A DNA stretch of 64,000 nt from Flavobacteriales bacterium (GCA_040383485.1 JBEIDK010000001.1:5952-69951); one strand, 5' to 3'; positions 18,369 through 29,073 are shown, counted from the stretch's first letter. The notes: a model not told the origin generated them from the letters alone. Numbers and translations: made by a program.

Positions 18369-19409
18369 ATGACTACATATAAAAACGATATAATATTAAG
18401 AGCTGCAAATGGCGAAAATACCGAACGAACACCAGTTTGGTTAATGAGACAAGCAGGTAGAATTTTACCTGAATATAGAGAAGTACGGGCCCATGCTGGT
18501 TCTTTTATAAACCTTGTAAAAAATCCAGAACTAGTTTGTGAAGTAACAATACAGCCTGTTGATATTTTAGATGTAGATGCCGCTATTATTTTCTCTGACA
18601 TACTTGTTATCCCAGAAGCAATGGGACTTCCATATCAAATGGTGGAAAGTAAAGGCCCGTATTTCGAAAACACAATAACTAATAAGTACGATTTAAATAA
18701 ATTGCATTTAGCAGAGTATCAGGATTACGAATACATGCCAAAATCAATAGAAATTACTGTGAAAGAACTTGCCGGACGATTGCCTCTGATTGGCTTTGCT
18801 GGAGCGCCATTCACAATTTTTTGTTATATGGTGGAAGGCAATGGAAGCAAAACATTTTCAAAAGCAAAAAAGATGTTATTCACTAATAATATTCTATCAC
18901 ATACGTTATTAGAAATGATAACAACTAGTACAATTAATTACTTAAAAGCTCAAATAAAAGCTGGGGCTGCAATGTTGCAAATATTTGATAGTTGGGCGGG
19001 TATACTTTCTCCGGAGTCCTATAAAGAATTTTCATTAAAATATATAAATATTATTTGCAATTCAATTAAAGAGGAATACCCCAATATACCAATAACAGTT
19101 TTTGCAAAAGGTGCGTTTTTTGCAAGAGCGGAAATGTCGAAATTAAACTGTAATACTATAGGCCTTGATTGGAACATGGACATAGTAGAGTCTAGAGCAA
19201 TAATTGGTTCTAAGAAAACACTACAAGGTAATTTAGACCCATGCGTACTGTATGGTAATGATGAGTTTATTGTTAGCGAAGCAGAAAAAATGCTAAAGAA
19301 ATTTGGAAGTAGTAAACATATTGCAAATTTAGGACATGGTGTTTATCCTGATACTGATAAAGAGAAGGTGAAATTATTTATACAAACAGTGAAGAATTAC
19401 AAGCACTAG
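18369..19409 (+). CDS. hemE: Uroporphyrinogen decarboxylase
   Basis: [20 protein letters not shown]-terminal signature, 346 aa, collinear with HemE. Confidence 0.95.
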   Translation: MTTYKNDIILRAANGENTERTPVWLMRQAGRILPEYREVRAHAGSFINLVKNPELVCEVTIQPVDILDVDAAIIFSDILVIPEAMGLPYQMVESKGPYFENTITNKYDLNKLHLAEYQDYEYMPKSIEITVKELAGRLPLIGFAGAPFTIFCYMVEGNGSKTFSKAKKMLFTNNILSHTLLEMITTSTINYLKAQIKAGAAMLQIFDSWAGILSPESYKEFSLKYINIICNSIKEEYPNIPITVFAKGAFFARAEMSKLNCNTIGLDWNMDIVESRAIIGSKKTLQGNLDPCVLYGNDEFIVSEAEKMLKKFGSSKHIANLGHGVYPDTDKEKVKLFIQTVKNYKH

Positions 19410-19417
19410 ATTCAAAA

Positions 19418-20752
19418 CTAATTTTCTTCTTTTTCAACCTCTTTAGGAAGCTCCTCTTTGGTAACAATCTTAACCTTATCGCGGTTTTTTAGTCGTTTGG
19501 TTATTAGTTTATATGGTGCAGTTATTACTTCTTGCCCTTCTTTTAAACCTTCCAAAATTTGAATATAGTTATTATCAATAATACCAGTTTTTACTGGTCT
19601 AATTTCTGCTTTACCATTACTATTTATAAATACCAACTGAATTGGAATTTTATTATCAATGTCGGCAACTTTCTCTTTCTTACTTGATGCTGCACTTGTA
19701 TCGGTTCTTTGAGTAACACATTGTATTGGAATACTTAATACATTTTTTTCAGTTCTTGTTTTTATATCAACGGTGGCGGTCATGCCAGGTCTAAATGGTG
19801 CAGGATTATTTTCATTTATCAATTGTAAATATGACTCACGACCAATTCTAATTTTAACTTGAAAGTTTGTAACCTGGTCAGTTCCAGAATTGTTATTAAT
19901 ATTGGTTGCTGAATTTGCAATTTCGGTTACTAAACCATTAAACTTTTTACCTAAATAAGCATCAACACTGATGTCTACAGAATCGTTTAAATGTACTTTT
20001 ACAATATCATTTTCATTCACGTCCACCAATACTTCCATCTCATTCAAATCGGCAATTCTTAATAGTTCAGTACCAGCCATTTGAGATGTGCCTACGACCC
20101 TTTCGCCTAACTCAATATTTAACTTGCTTACCCTACCATTTACAGGAGAAAATATTGATGTTCTTCCTAAGTTTTCTTTGGCTTCTTTTAACGATGCCAT
20201 TGCATTTGCAACATTAAACTCAGATGCTCTTATAGTTTGCTGTAATGCCTCCAAATCTGCCTTTGCAGCATTGTATTGTGCACTTGAATTGTCATAATCT
20301 GCTTGAGAAATTGCACCTTGTTCAAATAGTTTTTTATTGCGATTATAGGTTGTTTCTAGGTTCACAAATGTTGCTTTGGCTTGCACAAGTCTTGCATTTG
20401 AGTTACTTAAATTAGCCTTGGCGGTATTTACTGAAGCCTCCATCCTATCGCGACTTGATTCATACAATCCAGGATTTATTCTACACAACAATTCACCTTT
20501 TTTCACTTGCTGCCCTTCCTTGATATAGAGTTCCACTATTTCACCTGAAACATCAGGTGATATCTTTACTTCTACTTCTGGTTGTATCTTGCCACTTGCC
20601 GATACTAATTCAGTTATATCTCTTCTCTTTACTTTTTCAACTGTTACTGATGTAAGACTTTTATTACCAATAAAACCAGCTTTTTTAGCAATTAATAGAA
20701 CTATAATCAAAACCCCAACAATGGCTAAAGTATATTTTAAGGTCTTATTCAT
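19418..20752 (-). CDS. Efflux transporter periplasmic adaptor subunit (HlyD/MacA family)
   Basis: N-terminal anchor, lipoyl-like and coiled-coil hairpin segments (AQYNAAKADLEALQQTIRASEFNVANA), beta-barrel C-terminus. Confidence 0.8.
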   Translation of the reverse strand: MNKTLKYTLAIVGVLIIVLLIAKKAGFIGNKSLTSVTVEKVKRRDITELVSASGKIQPEVEVKISPDVSGEIVELYIKEGQQVKKGELLCRINPGLYESSRDRMEASVNTAKANLSNSNARLVQAKATFVNLETTYNRNKKLFEQGAISQADYDNSSAQYNAAKADLEALQQTIRASEFNVANAMASLKEAKENLGRTSIFSPVNGRVSKLNIELGERVVGTSQMAGTELLRIADLNEMEVLVDVNENDIVKVHLNDSVDISVDAYLGKKFNGLVTEIANSATNINNNSGTDQVTNFQVKIRIGRESYLQLINENNPAPFRPGMTATVDIKTRTEKNVLSIPIQCVTQRTDTSAASSKKEKVADIDNKIPIQLVFINSNGKAEIRPVKTGIIDNNYIQILEGLKEGQEVITAPYKLITKRLKNRDKVKIVTKEELPKEVEKEEN

Positions 20753-20804
20753 TATTATTTAATTAATGTGTTGTTTGTCGGTAATCTTTTTTGGTAACAT
20801 TAAA

Positions 20805-20978
20805 TCACTTTACTTCTTCGTAATCAATATATTCATCATCATTAGGTTTACTAGTACCATTAGGATGATGATGGTTGGAATGATTAGGATTATTTCTTTT
20901 ATTTCTTTGAGAAGAAATCTCACTCCAAATTTTCCATACTACATATACTGCAACAATTGTAAAAAACAAATCTCTCAT
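20805..20978 (-). CDS. Small membrane protein (DUF4834-like)
   Basis: Not in the track (57 aa). Hand translation: MRDLFFTIVAVYVVWKIWSEISSQRNKRNNPNHSNHHHPNGTSKPNDDEYIDYEEVK. One N-terminal TM helix and a C-terminal EYIDYEEV motif, recalled from DUF4834 proteins. Confidence 0.5.
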   Translation of the reverse strand: MRDLFFTIVAVYVVWKIWSEISSQRNKRNNPNHSNHHHPNGTSKPNDDEYIDYEEVK

Positions 20979-20987
20979 GAGTTTAAA

Positions 20988-22187
20988 TTAGTTTGTTTTG
21001 CCTGGATAAACTTTTAATGCAGCATCTAAAGCCTTCATAGCTTGTTTTAAATCATCCAAATTTAAAACATATGCTATTCTTACCTCATCATTACCTGCTC
21101 CTTCGGTTGAATAAAAACCTGTTGCAGGAGCTAGCATAACAGTTTTGTTATCAAGATTAAAATCTTCTAAAAGCCATTGACAAAACTTATCAGCATTATC
21201 AATTGGTAATTTAGCTATGCAATAAAAAGCACCGCTTGGCATTGGGCAGAACACACCTTTCATATTGTTAAGTGCATGAACCACAAAATTTCTTCTACTT
21301 ACATATTCTGCCTTTACATTATCAAAATAGCTCTGGGGAGTATCAATTGCAGCTTCGGCAGCAACTTGTCCGAATGTTGGCGGACTAAGTCTTGCTTGAG
21401 CAAACTTAAGTGCTGTTGCCATTACTTCTTTATTCTTACTTATTAGTGCTCCAATTCTAGCTCCACAAGCACTATACCTCTTAGAAATAGAATCAAGTAA
21501 GATTACGTTTTGCTCTACACCTTCTAGATGCATTACCGAAACATACTCTTTGCCATCGTAACAAAACTCGCGATAAACCTCATCACTAAATAACCATAAA
21601 TCGTATTTTAACGCAAGTTCTTTTAGCGATTCTAATTCTGCTCTGCTATATAAATATCCTGTTGGATTTCCAGGATTACAAATCATTATTGCTTTTGTTT
21701 TTGGAGTTATTACATTTTCAAAATCGGCTTTTGAAGGCAATGCAAATCCAGATTCAATATAAGAGCGTACAGGCTTTACTTTAACATCGGCTTGAGTTGA
21801 AAATCCATTATAGTTAGCATAAAAAGGTTCTGGAATAATTATTTCATCACCAGCATTTAGGCAAGTCATCATAGCAATTTCAATTGCTTCACTTCCACCA
21901 GTGGTAATCATAATATCTTCATAACTTACGTTGATATTATAAGTATCGTAATATCCAGCCAATTTTCTTCTATAGCTTTCTATGCCAGCACTGTGACTAT
22001 ACTCAACAACTTTTGGCGAAAAGTTATGTATTGCATTCATCATTGTTTCAGGTGTTTCAATATCTGGCTGACCAATATTTAGGTGGTATATTTTTGTACC
22101 CCTTTTTTTTGCTGCTTCTGCAAAAGGAACTAGTTTTCTAATTGGCGACTGAGGCATGTAGGTACCCTTGTGCGATACTATTGGCAT
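20988..22187 (-). CDS. Pyridoxal phosphate-dependent aminotransferase (class I, aspartate/alanine type)
   Basis: SPIRKL N-terminus, NPGNPTG motif, SISKRYSACGARIG PLP-lysine region. Confidence 0.85.
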   Translation of the reverse strand: MPIVSHKGTYMPQSPIRKLVPFAEAAKKRGTKIYHLNIGQPDIETPETMMNAIHNFSPKVVEYSHSAGIESYRRKLAGYYDTYNINVSYEDIMITTGGSEAIEIAMMTCLNAGDEIIIPEPFYANYNGFSTQADVKVKPVRSYIESGFALPSKADFENVITPKTKAIMICNPGNPTGYLYSRAELESLKELALKYDLWLFSDEVYREFCYDGKEYVSVMHLEGVEQNVILLDSISKRYSACGARIGALISKNKEVMATALKFAQARLSPPTFGQVAAEAAIDTPQSYFDNVKAEYVSRRNFVVHALNNMKGVFCPMPSGAFYCIAKLPIDNADKFCQWLLEDFNLDNKTVMLAPATGFYSTEGAGNDEVRIAYVLNLDDLKQAMKALDAALKVYPGKTN

Positions 22188-22495
22188 AATATATTTTTTG
22201 GCGAAAATAAAGAATAATTTCGGATTGAGTAGAAATTGTTATTGAAGAGACATTGAATGGCAAGAGCAATAAATATAAACATTAAATTAAACTTAATGAT
22301 ATTGAAAGAATTGGTTAAAAAACTCTTTACTCTACTAAACGACCCGTTACGCATAGTCTCTTACTATTTGTAAGTAAACATTTTAAAATTTATATTTAAA
22401 TGAGTATAGTAAATATCTAACCTTAACAGGTTTTAGTAACAAACTCTTAGATTTTGCCAATTCAACTTTATACTATTTATTTACATAAAAGTAGA

Positions 22496-25400
22496 ATGAT
22501 GAAAAGAATCCTTTTTTTAATGTATGTTGTTTATTCAAATCTTGGAGTTTGCCAGGTTAGTGAAAATTTTTCTGATGGCAATTATACTCAGAACCCGATT
22601 TGGGTTGGTGATGTTGGTAAATTTGTAATTGGTGGCGATAGCTTACGTTCTAACTCAATAACTGTAAACGATACTTTTTATTTATCAACAGCTTCATCAC
22701 AAGCAACACAAGCACAATGGGAGTTTTATACTCGTGTTGGCGTTTCTACTTCTAGTGTCAATTTCGTAGATATTTTTTTAATGAGTGACGTTTCAAACTT
22801 AAAACAAACACAGAATGGATACTTTGTAAGAATTGGAGGAACATCCGACGAAATTTCATTATACAAAATTGCTAATGGCAATACAACTATGATTATTGAT
22901 GGAGCAAATGCATCGGTTAGTTCATCTAACAATAAAGTTAAGGTTAAGGTTACGCGCGATATTAATAATTTATGGATTCTTAAACGTGAGGTAAATGGAA
23001 CTGGTAATAGCTTTGTTACCGAACAAACAGTAACCGATTTTAGTGTAATATCAAGTAATTTTTTTGGTTTTTTAGTGAGACAATCTGTTGCATCTAATTT
23101 TAAAAAGCATTGGTTGGATGACATTAATGTTGGGCCAATTATTCTTGACACAACCCCTCCACTTATAAACTCAACAACAGTTGTAAGTAATAACCAATTA
23201 GATGTTTTATTTAATGAAGATATTGATGCCACTAGTGCTCAAAATGTTTTAAACTATACAGTTAATAATACAATTGGCAATCCTGTTAATGCGCAAGTTG
23301 ATGCAAATAATTTTTCACTTGTGCACCTGACCTTTGCGAACGGATTAATGAATGGATTAGAAAATACACTTACAATTAATAATGTCACTGACATCTCTAA
23401 CAATGTTATAAATTCTAATACAACCATTAACTTTTATGTTGCAAAATTATTTGATGTTGTTATTAATGAAATTATGGCGGACCCTACTCCTACTGTTGGC
23501 TTGCCCGATGCAGAATATATTGAACTTTACAACAAATCAAGTAATACAATAAATTTAAACAATTTTACCTTAACCATTGGAAACTCTATAAAAACTTTAC
23601 CCGCTTATAATTTGGCTTCTGGCGCTTATGTATTGCTTGTAAATCCAATTAGTTCTGCTGCTTATAATACTTTACCAAATTTAATTTCATTAACAGGTCT
23701 TTCAACTTCTTCATTAACAAATACTGGAACGTCCTTAGTCTTGAAAAATAATTTTGGTGATATTCTGCACCAAATTTCATATACTGACCAATGGTATTTA
23801 GATGCTTTAAAAGCCAATGGAGGTTGGAGTATTGAGCAAATAGACCCAAACAATCCATGCGGTACAAATACTAATTGGCGGGCTAGTGAAAACATTAATG
23901 GCGGAACACCAGGAATCGTTAATTCAATTTATGGGATTAATACAGATAACATTTCTCCAGGTATACTATCAACTTCAATAATAAATGATTCAACAATACA
24001 AGTTCAATTTTCCGAAATTGTTTTAACATCAGTGCTTAATAATCCATTAGGTTATTTTGTAAATAATGGCATAGGCAATCCAACAAGTATTTTAATATCT
24101 GGCGCTTTGGGTAATAATGTAAAATTGGTTTTTTCAAATCCATTTGCCATTAATACCATATATATAATTTCAATAACTGGACTATTATTTGATTGTGCTG
24201 GAAATCCGCAAGGAGGGGTATTAAATTCTAATTTTTCAAGATATAATCCTAGCACTTTTGATATAGTATTTAATGAAATAATGGCGGACCCTGACCCTCC
24301 TCAAAACCTACCCAATGTTGAGTATGTAGAAATTTACAATAGAACAAATTTTCCTATTAATTTAACAAATTGGAAATTTAAATATGGTACAACGGAAAAA
24401 ACAATTGAATCAGGGTTTATTGCTGCAAATGGTTATGCAATAATCACTTCTCCACAAAATGCTCTTGCCTTAGCCTCTGTTGGCAACTACAACATAGTTA
24501 ATATTCCTGATTTGGCTAATTCGTTCTTAACAAACACTGGTACAAATTTATTGTTACAAGATAGTTCAGGACATGATATTTGCTTTACAAATTATTCTGA
24601 TACATGGTATGGCAGTACTGACAAGGCACTTGGTGGTTGGAGTTTAGAAAAAATTGATCCGAATAATTTATGTGCAGAAAAGACAAATTGGATTGCTGCA
24701 ACTACATTATGGGGTGGCACTCCAGGAGGATTAAACTCTGTAAATGATTCTAATCCGGACAACCTTGCTCCTAAAATTAAGAACATTTGTGTTCTTGATT
24801 CAAATACAATTCAATTAAATTTTTCTGAATTGGTTTCTACCTTGAGTTTTACTAACTCCAATATAAGTTTCAATAATAATTTAACCTTGTCTCAAATTTT
24901 TGTTGGTAACGAATTTTCTAATTCAATAATTATTAAAACCATTCAGAATTTTTCTACAAATATTATTTATACTGTAACAATATCAAGCACTATTAGTGAT
25001 TGCAATGGTAATTTAAGCACATCAAATTCATCTATAAATTTCTCGAATAATATTGCAAACCTCTATGAGTTAGTCATTAATGAAATTATGGCTGACCCTA
25101 CGCCAGTTATTAACAATTTGCCAGAATTAGAATATGTAGAAATACTTAATAAAGGCAGTTTTCCAATAAGTTTAAATGACTATTCATATGTTTCGGGCAC
25201 TACAATAAATACAATAGGATGTATAACTATAAATCCGAATGAGTATGCTTTAATTTGCAACATTGATGAAGAGGCAAGCTTTGTAAATTATGGAAAAACA
25301 ATAGGAGTAAATAGTGTTTCAATTTCTAATACTGGTGAAATACTGAAAATTCTTAACCCACAGAATGAAATTATTAGCATTGTAAACTTTTCGGACTCAT

Positions 25401-26713
25401 GGTATGGCAGTACATATAAAGCAAATGGCGGTTGGAGTTTAGAACAAATAGACCCAAATAATCCTTGCGGAGGTTTAGGTAATTGGAAAGCTTCTGCATC
25501 TGCAAATGGAGGCACCCCAGGAATTTTGAATTCAGTAAACGAATCTAATCCCGATATAATAAAACCAGAGTTGATAAGAGCGCTAATAGTTGATAATAAT
25601 AAACTACGTTTATTCTTTACAGAAACCTTAAGTGGTACTTCTATTTTAGATACAAATTTATACCAAGTTGATAACGCCATCGGCAAGCCATACTCAGCAA
25701 TAATTGCAGGGGTTAATGCGAGTGATATCATTCTTACCTTTAATAAACAATTTGTTCTTAAAACAACATATCAAATAAATGTTAACACTACTATTTCTGA
25801 TTGTGTTGGTAATAATTTAACCAGTAACTCGTCGTCGGAATTTGCAATTGCTGAAGATGCCATTGCTAACGATGTTTTAGTAAATGAAATATTGTATAAT
25901 CCTCAAACAGATGGTTATGATTATGTTGAAATTTATAACAATAGTTTAAAAGTTATTGACCTAAAACATTTAAGAATTTCAAATATAGATTCTACTAATC
26001 TATCACTAAGTTCTATTTCTGAAATTGATAGTATTGGTTATTTAATTTTTCCTGGTAAGTATTATGTAATAACAGAGAATAAAGAAGATATTATTGCAAG
26101 ATATAATGTTGAGAATAAGAAGAATTTTATTGTGGTAGATAACATGCCAACATTATCAATAACAGAGGGTTCTTTTGCTATTTCAAAAGCAAATTTAGAA
26201 TTGATTGATTATGCTTTTTACAACGATGAAATGCAATTTCCATTATTGAAAAGTACTAAAGGCGTTTCGTTGGAAAGGATAAGTTTTAATTTGCCATCAA
26301 GAGTAATTGGAAATTGGCATAGCGCCTCTCAAACTGTAGGATTTGGAACGCCAACATACCAAAATTCTCAATTTAATGTTACAAAAAATTCGGATGATTT
26401 TATTACATTATCAAAAGAAATTTTCTCACCAGACAATGATGGTTATGAAGATGTTTTATTAATTACTTTAAAATCTCAAACCCAAGGAAACGTTTGCAAC
26501 ATCAATATTTACAATCAGAGAGGAGTGTTGATTAAGGAACTAGCGAATAATCTGTTATTGGGGACTACTAATGATGTTATAAGTTGGGATGGAACAAATA
26601 CAAATAATGAGAAATCTGAAATAGGTATCTATTTGATTATTGTTTCAACCTTTGAAACGAATGGCAATACTAATCAATATAAAAAGCAAGTTGTTGTAGC
26701 AGGAAAACTTTAA
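22496..26713 (+). CDS. Giant secreted protein with four lamin-tail-domain (LTD) modules and a C-terminal FSPDNDG-type sorting/Ig-like domain
   Basis: Signal peptide from ATG 22496 (MMKRILFLMYVVYSNLGVCQ). Repeated INEIMADPTP...AEYIELYN...GGWS(I/L)EQIDPNNPCG...NW.AS...GGTPG modules. C-terminus FSPDNDGYEDVLLI...GIYLIIVS. Track start 22454 is TTG. Confidence 0.8.
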   Translation: MMKRILFLMYVVYSNLGVCQVSENFSDGNYTQNPIWVGDVGKFVIGGDSLRSNSITVNDTFYLSTASSQATQAQWEFYTRVGVSTSSVNFVDIFLMSDVSNLKQTQNGYFVRIGGTSDEISLYKIANGNTTMIIDGANASVSSSNNKVKVKVTRDINNLWILKREVNGTGNSFVTEQTVTDFSVISSNFFGFLVRQSVASNFKKHWLDDINVGPIILDTTPPLINSTTVVSNNQLDVLFNEDIDATSAQNVLNYTVNNTIGNPVNAQVDANNFSLVHLTFANGLMNGLENTLTINNVTDISNNVINSNTTINFYVAKLFDVVINEIMADPTPTVGLPDAEYIELYNKSSNTINLNNFTLTIGNSIKTLPAYNLASGAYVLLVNPISSAAYNTLPNLISLTGLSTSSLTNTGTSLVLKNNFGDILHQISYTDQWYLDALKANGGWSIEQIDPNNPCGTNTNWRASENINGGTPGIVNSIYGINTDNISPGILSTSIINDSTIQVQFSEIVLTSVLNNPLGYFVNNGIGNPTSILISGALGNNVKLVFSNPFAINTIYIISITGLLFDCAGNPQGGVLNSNFSRYNPSTFDIVFNEIMADPDPPQNLPNVEYVEIYNRTNFPINLTNWKFKYGTTEKTIESGFIAANGYAIITSPQNALALASVGNYNIVNIPDLANSFLTNTGTNLLLQDSSGHDICFTNYSDTWYGSTDKALGGWSLEKIDPNNLCAEKTNWIAATTLWGGTPGGLNSVNDSNPDNLAPKIKNICVLDSNTIQLNFSELVSTLSFTNSNISFNNNLTLSQIFVGNEFSNSIIIKTIQNFSTNIIYTVTISSTISDCNGNLSTSNSSINFSNNIANLYELVINEIMADPTPVINNLPELEYVEILNKGSFPISLNDYSYVSGTTINTIGCITINPNEYALICNIDEEASFVNYGKTIGVNSVSISNTGEILKILNPQNEIISIVNFSDSWYGSTYKANGGWSLEQIDPNNPCGGLGNWKASASANGGTPGILNSVNESNPDIIKPELIRALIVDNNKLRLFFTETLSGTSILDTNLYQVDNAIGKPYSAIIAGVNASDIILTFNKQFVLKTTYQINVNTTISDCVGNNLTSNSSSEFAIAEDAIANDVLVNEILYNPQTDGYDYVEIYNNSLKVIDLKHLRISNIDSTNLSLSSISEIDSIGYLIFPGKYYVITENKEDIIARYNVENKKNFIVVDNMPTLSITEGSFAISKANLELIDYAFYNDEMQFPLLKSTKGVSLERISFNLPSRVIGNWHSASQTVGFGTPTYQNSQFNVTKNSDDFITLSKEIFSPDNDGYEDVLLITLKSQTQGNVCNINIYNQRGVLIKELANNLLLGTTNDVISWDGTNTNNEKSEIGIYLIIVSTFETNGNTNQYKKQVVVAGKL
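23453..25870 (+). repeat. Three tandem in-frame 807-nt (269-codon) modules inside the LTD gene; a fourth, diverged module follows
   Basis: The (F)D/E-x-V-(I/F)-NEIMADP anchor codon recurs at 23453, 24260 and 25067 (spacing 807 and 807 nt). A diverged copy (DVLVNEILYNP) sits at 25871 (spacing 804 nt). Confidence 0.8.
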
Positions 26714-26715
26714 TC

Positions 26716-27645
26716 TTATTGTGTAGACTTTACAATTTTGTAATTTTTATATTCACCTATACGCCAGCCGGTAAGGTTTTCAACAACAAATAAAAATTTA
26801 CCTTTTACAGAGAATTTTGCTTGTTTTGGGTCGAATTTAAATTCCCAATCTTGCGCATCCACAAGTTGCTTCATTAGCAATGGGTGGGTACCTTTAAAAG
26901 ATTTTACAGAATCTACAATGCTATAATCGTACTCATCTTTTTTAGAATTGTTCTGCTCTAGCCACTTATCATCGTGCCAAAAAGAGTTGAAATAATTATT
27001 CTTTTTCTGCATTAGTTGAGGCTTACGAGCATAGCTATAATGGTAAAAAGGTACTTGAACATATAAAACATTTAAAGAACGCCCCTTTGCCCCAGAATTC
27101 CATTCTTGAATAGAATTATATTTTCTAAAACCTTGCGAATCTCTATAACTTCTGATAGTAGGAATATTTCTTACAATTCTAACTTCTTTTCTATGCCATT
27201 TCCTAGTAGCGCCAATATGATGAAAGCCACCATAAAAGTTTAAAAAATCAAATAATATTCCTTCTATTTCTTCATTTTTATCGGCAACTGCAATTGCTTT
27301 TTTTATTGTTTCATAATCATTCTCATGTATCAACTCATCAGCTTGAATATGAAATGCCCATTTACCTTTGCAATTATCGAGTGCAATATTTGCTTGCTGT
27401 GCAAAAATTTTTCCTCCTTCACGCAAATTATCATCCCAAACAGTATCAATGATTTTAATTTTACTTGGGTGCAATTGTGCAACCGCTTCACGAGTACCAT
27501 CCGTTGAATTACCAACAGCAACAACCAACTCATCAACCAATGGCAAAATAGATTTCATAGACTCCAAGAATGGATATCCGAATGTAAAACCATTGCGAAC
27601 ATAAGTAAAGCCTGAAATAAAAATTGAATCTGTATCTTTTATCAA
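26716..27645 (-). CDS. Glycosyltransferase family 2-like protein
   Basis: FISGFTYVRNG...ELVVAVGNSTDGTREAV and HIQADELIHE resemble the GT2 nucleotide-sugar binding region. Family assignment from memory. Confidence 0.55.
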   Translation of the reverse strand: MIKDTDSIFISGFTYVRNGFTFGYPFLESMKSILPLVDELVVAVGNSTDGTREAVAQLHPSKIKIIDTVWDDNLREGGKIFAQQANIALDNCKGKWAFHIQADELIHENDYETIKKAIAVADKNEEIEGILFDFLNFYGGFHHIGATRKWHRKEVRIVRNIPTIRSYRDSQGFRKYNSIQEWNSGAKGRSLNVLYVQVPFYHYSYARKPQLMQKKNNYFNSFWHDDKWLEQNNSKKDEYDYSIVDSVKSFKGTHPLLMKQLVDAQDWEFKFDPKQAKFSVKGKFLFVVENLTGWRIGEYKNYKIVKSTQ

Positions 27646-27654
27646 AATACTTAA

Positions 27655-28548
27655 TTAAGCAGTAATTGACTCTGTTGAAAAAGAGAGGATAGCATCACGT
27701 ACTTGTTCCATCAACCACAAGGGTGTTGATGTTGCTCCACATATTCCGATATTGTTTGATGCATTAAACCAATCTATATTTAATTCATTCGGTTCTGAAA
27801 TAAAATAAGTGTTAGGATTTTCTTGCTTACATACATCATGCAAAATTTTACCATTGCTACTTTTTTTACCGCTAACAAATACAATTACATCATAATTCTT
27901 AGCAAATATTCTAAGTTGAGGCTCTCTATTACTTACTTGACGGCATAATGTATCATTTGCTTCAAACTCAACAGGAGTAGTGTTTCCGTTTTCTTGTAAA
28001 CGCTTTTCTATTTGCGTTTTTATATGTAAAAAGCCTTTCGTGCTTTTAGTAGTTTGAGAATATAATTGAATTGGTTTTGAGTAATCAATTTTATTAAGGT
28101 CCTCATCATTCATAACTATAATGGCATTACCATTTGTTTGGCCTTTTAACCCATTTACTTCAGCATGACCTTCGATTCCGTAAATTACTATTTGTCCTTT
28201 ACTTTCAATCACTTCTTCATAACCTTCACGAACACGATTTTGCAATTTTAAAACTACTGGACAAGAGGCATCAATTAACTCAATATTGTTTTTTATGGCA
28301 AGTTCATAAGTTTCTGGTGGTTCGCCATGAGCACGAATTAAAACTTTGCAATCATGCAATAACTTTAAATCGTCATGATTAATTATTTGGAGTCCTTTAG
28401 CTTTTAACCTATCTACTTCCATGTTATTATGGACAATGTCACCTAAACAATATAAGTGACCACTTTCTTCAAGTTCATCTTCTGCCATTTGAATAGCATA
28501 TACCACACCAAAGCAAAAACCCGAATTCGAATCAATAGTAACGTTCAT
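27655..28548 (-). CDS. ispH: 4-hydroxy-3-methylbut-2-enyl diphosphate reductase
   Basis: GFCFGVVYAI, HGEPP, ASCPVV and GATSTP motifs, collinear with IspH/LytB. Confidence 0.95.
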   Translation of the reverse strand: MNVTIDSNSGFCFGVVYAIQMAEDELEESGHLYCLGDIVHNNMEVDRLKAKGLQIINHDDLKLLHDCKVLIRAHGEPPETYELAIKNNIELIDASCPVVLKLQNRVREGYEEVIESKGQIVIYGIEGHAEVNGLKGQTNGNAIIVMNDEDLNKIDYSKPIQLYSQTTKSTKGFLHIKTQIEKRLQENGNTTPVEFEANDTLCRQVSNREPQLRIFAKNYDVIVFVSGKKSSNGKILHDVCKQENPNTYFISEPNELNIDWFNASNNIGICGATSTPLWLMEQVRDAILSFSTESITA

Positions 28549-28668
28549 CTAAAATACACTATAATTTGTGCGAAAGTAAGAAAATTATTAATACCATTTT
28601 TAACATTTTTATCAGATAAAAAGTGTTGTTCGATAATAAAATATTTCTTTTGTATAAAAATTAAATTC

Positions 28669-29073
28669 ATGTTAACAATAGAAACAGTAAAAGCGTTAAT
28701 TAATAAGCCTTCGCAATTGGTTTATGATTTTGTAAGTAATAGTGAAAATTTAGGGAAGATTTTACCTGAACAAGTAGAAAGCTTTAAAGGTGATACTGAA
28801 ATTTGCGTTTTTGAAGTAAAAGGGCTTGCCAAGATTGGACTTCAAATTGAAGAAAGATGCCCCATTGAATTTGTATTATTTAAAAATACAGATAAAACAC
28901 CTGTTAAATTTACTCTAAAAGTAAATATCGAGAAAACTTCTGACACTACTTGTACTGCGCAAATGATTTTTAATGGTGATGTAAATCCAATGATGAAAAT
29001 GATGTTAGAAAAGCCCTTAAATAATTTGTTTACCTCTATGGCAAAAAAACTGGAAGAAGTAATGAATGCTTAA
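28669..29073 (+). CDS. SRPBCC (START/polyketide-cyclase-like) family small protein
   Basis: 134 aa from internal ATG 28669 (MLTIETVKALINKPSQLVYDFV). The upstream part of the track ORF overlaps ispH on the other strand and is Phe/Ile/Lys-rich junk. Weak fold-level resemblance only. Confidence 0.5.
   Translation: MLTIETVKALINKPSQLVYDFVSNSENLGKILPEQVESFKGDTEICVFEVKGLAKIGLQIEERCPIEFVLFKNTDKTPVKFTLKVNIEKTSDTTCTAQMIFNGDVNPMMKMMLEKPLNNLFTSMAKKLEEVMNA

Noticed and set aside
22726-25731. Six minus-strand ORFs (up to 168 aa) inside the LTD gene
   Set aside because: They are antisense shadows of the repeated modules. Their recurrence simply mirrors the 807-nt sense-strand repeat.
28456-28668. N-terminal 71 codons of track ORF 28456..29073; likewise 31784..32098, 3451..3495, 8943..8975, 22454..22495 and 63936..63962
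   Set aside because: These upstream extensions overlap neighbouring genes, terminators or operator palindromes and encode junk-like sequence. An internal ATG gives canonical N-termini (Rossmann motif, signal peptide, HTH).
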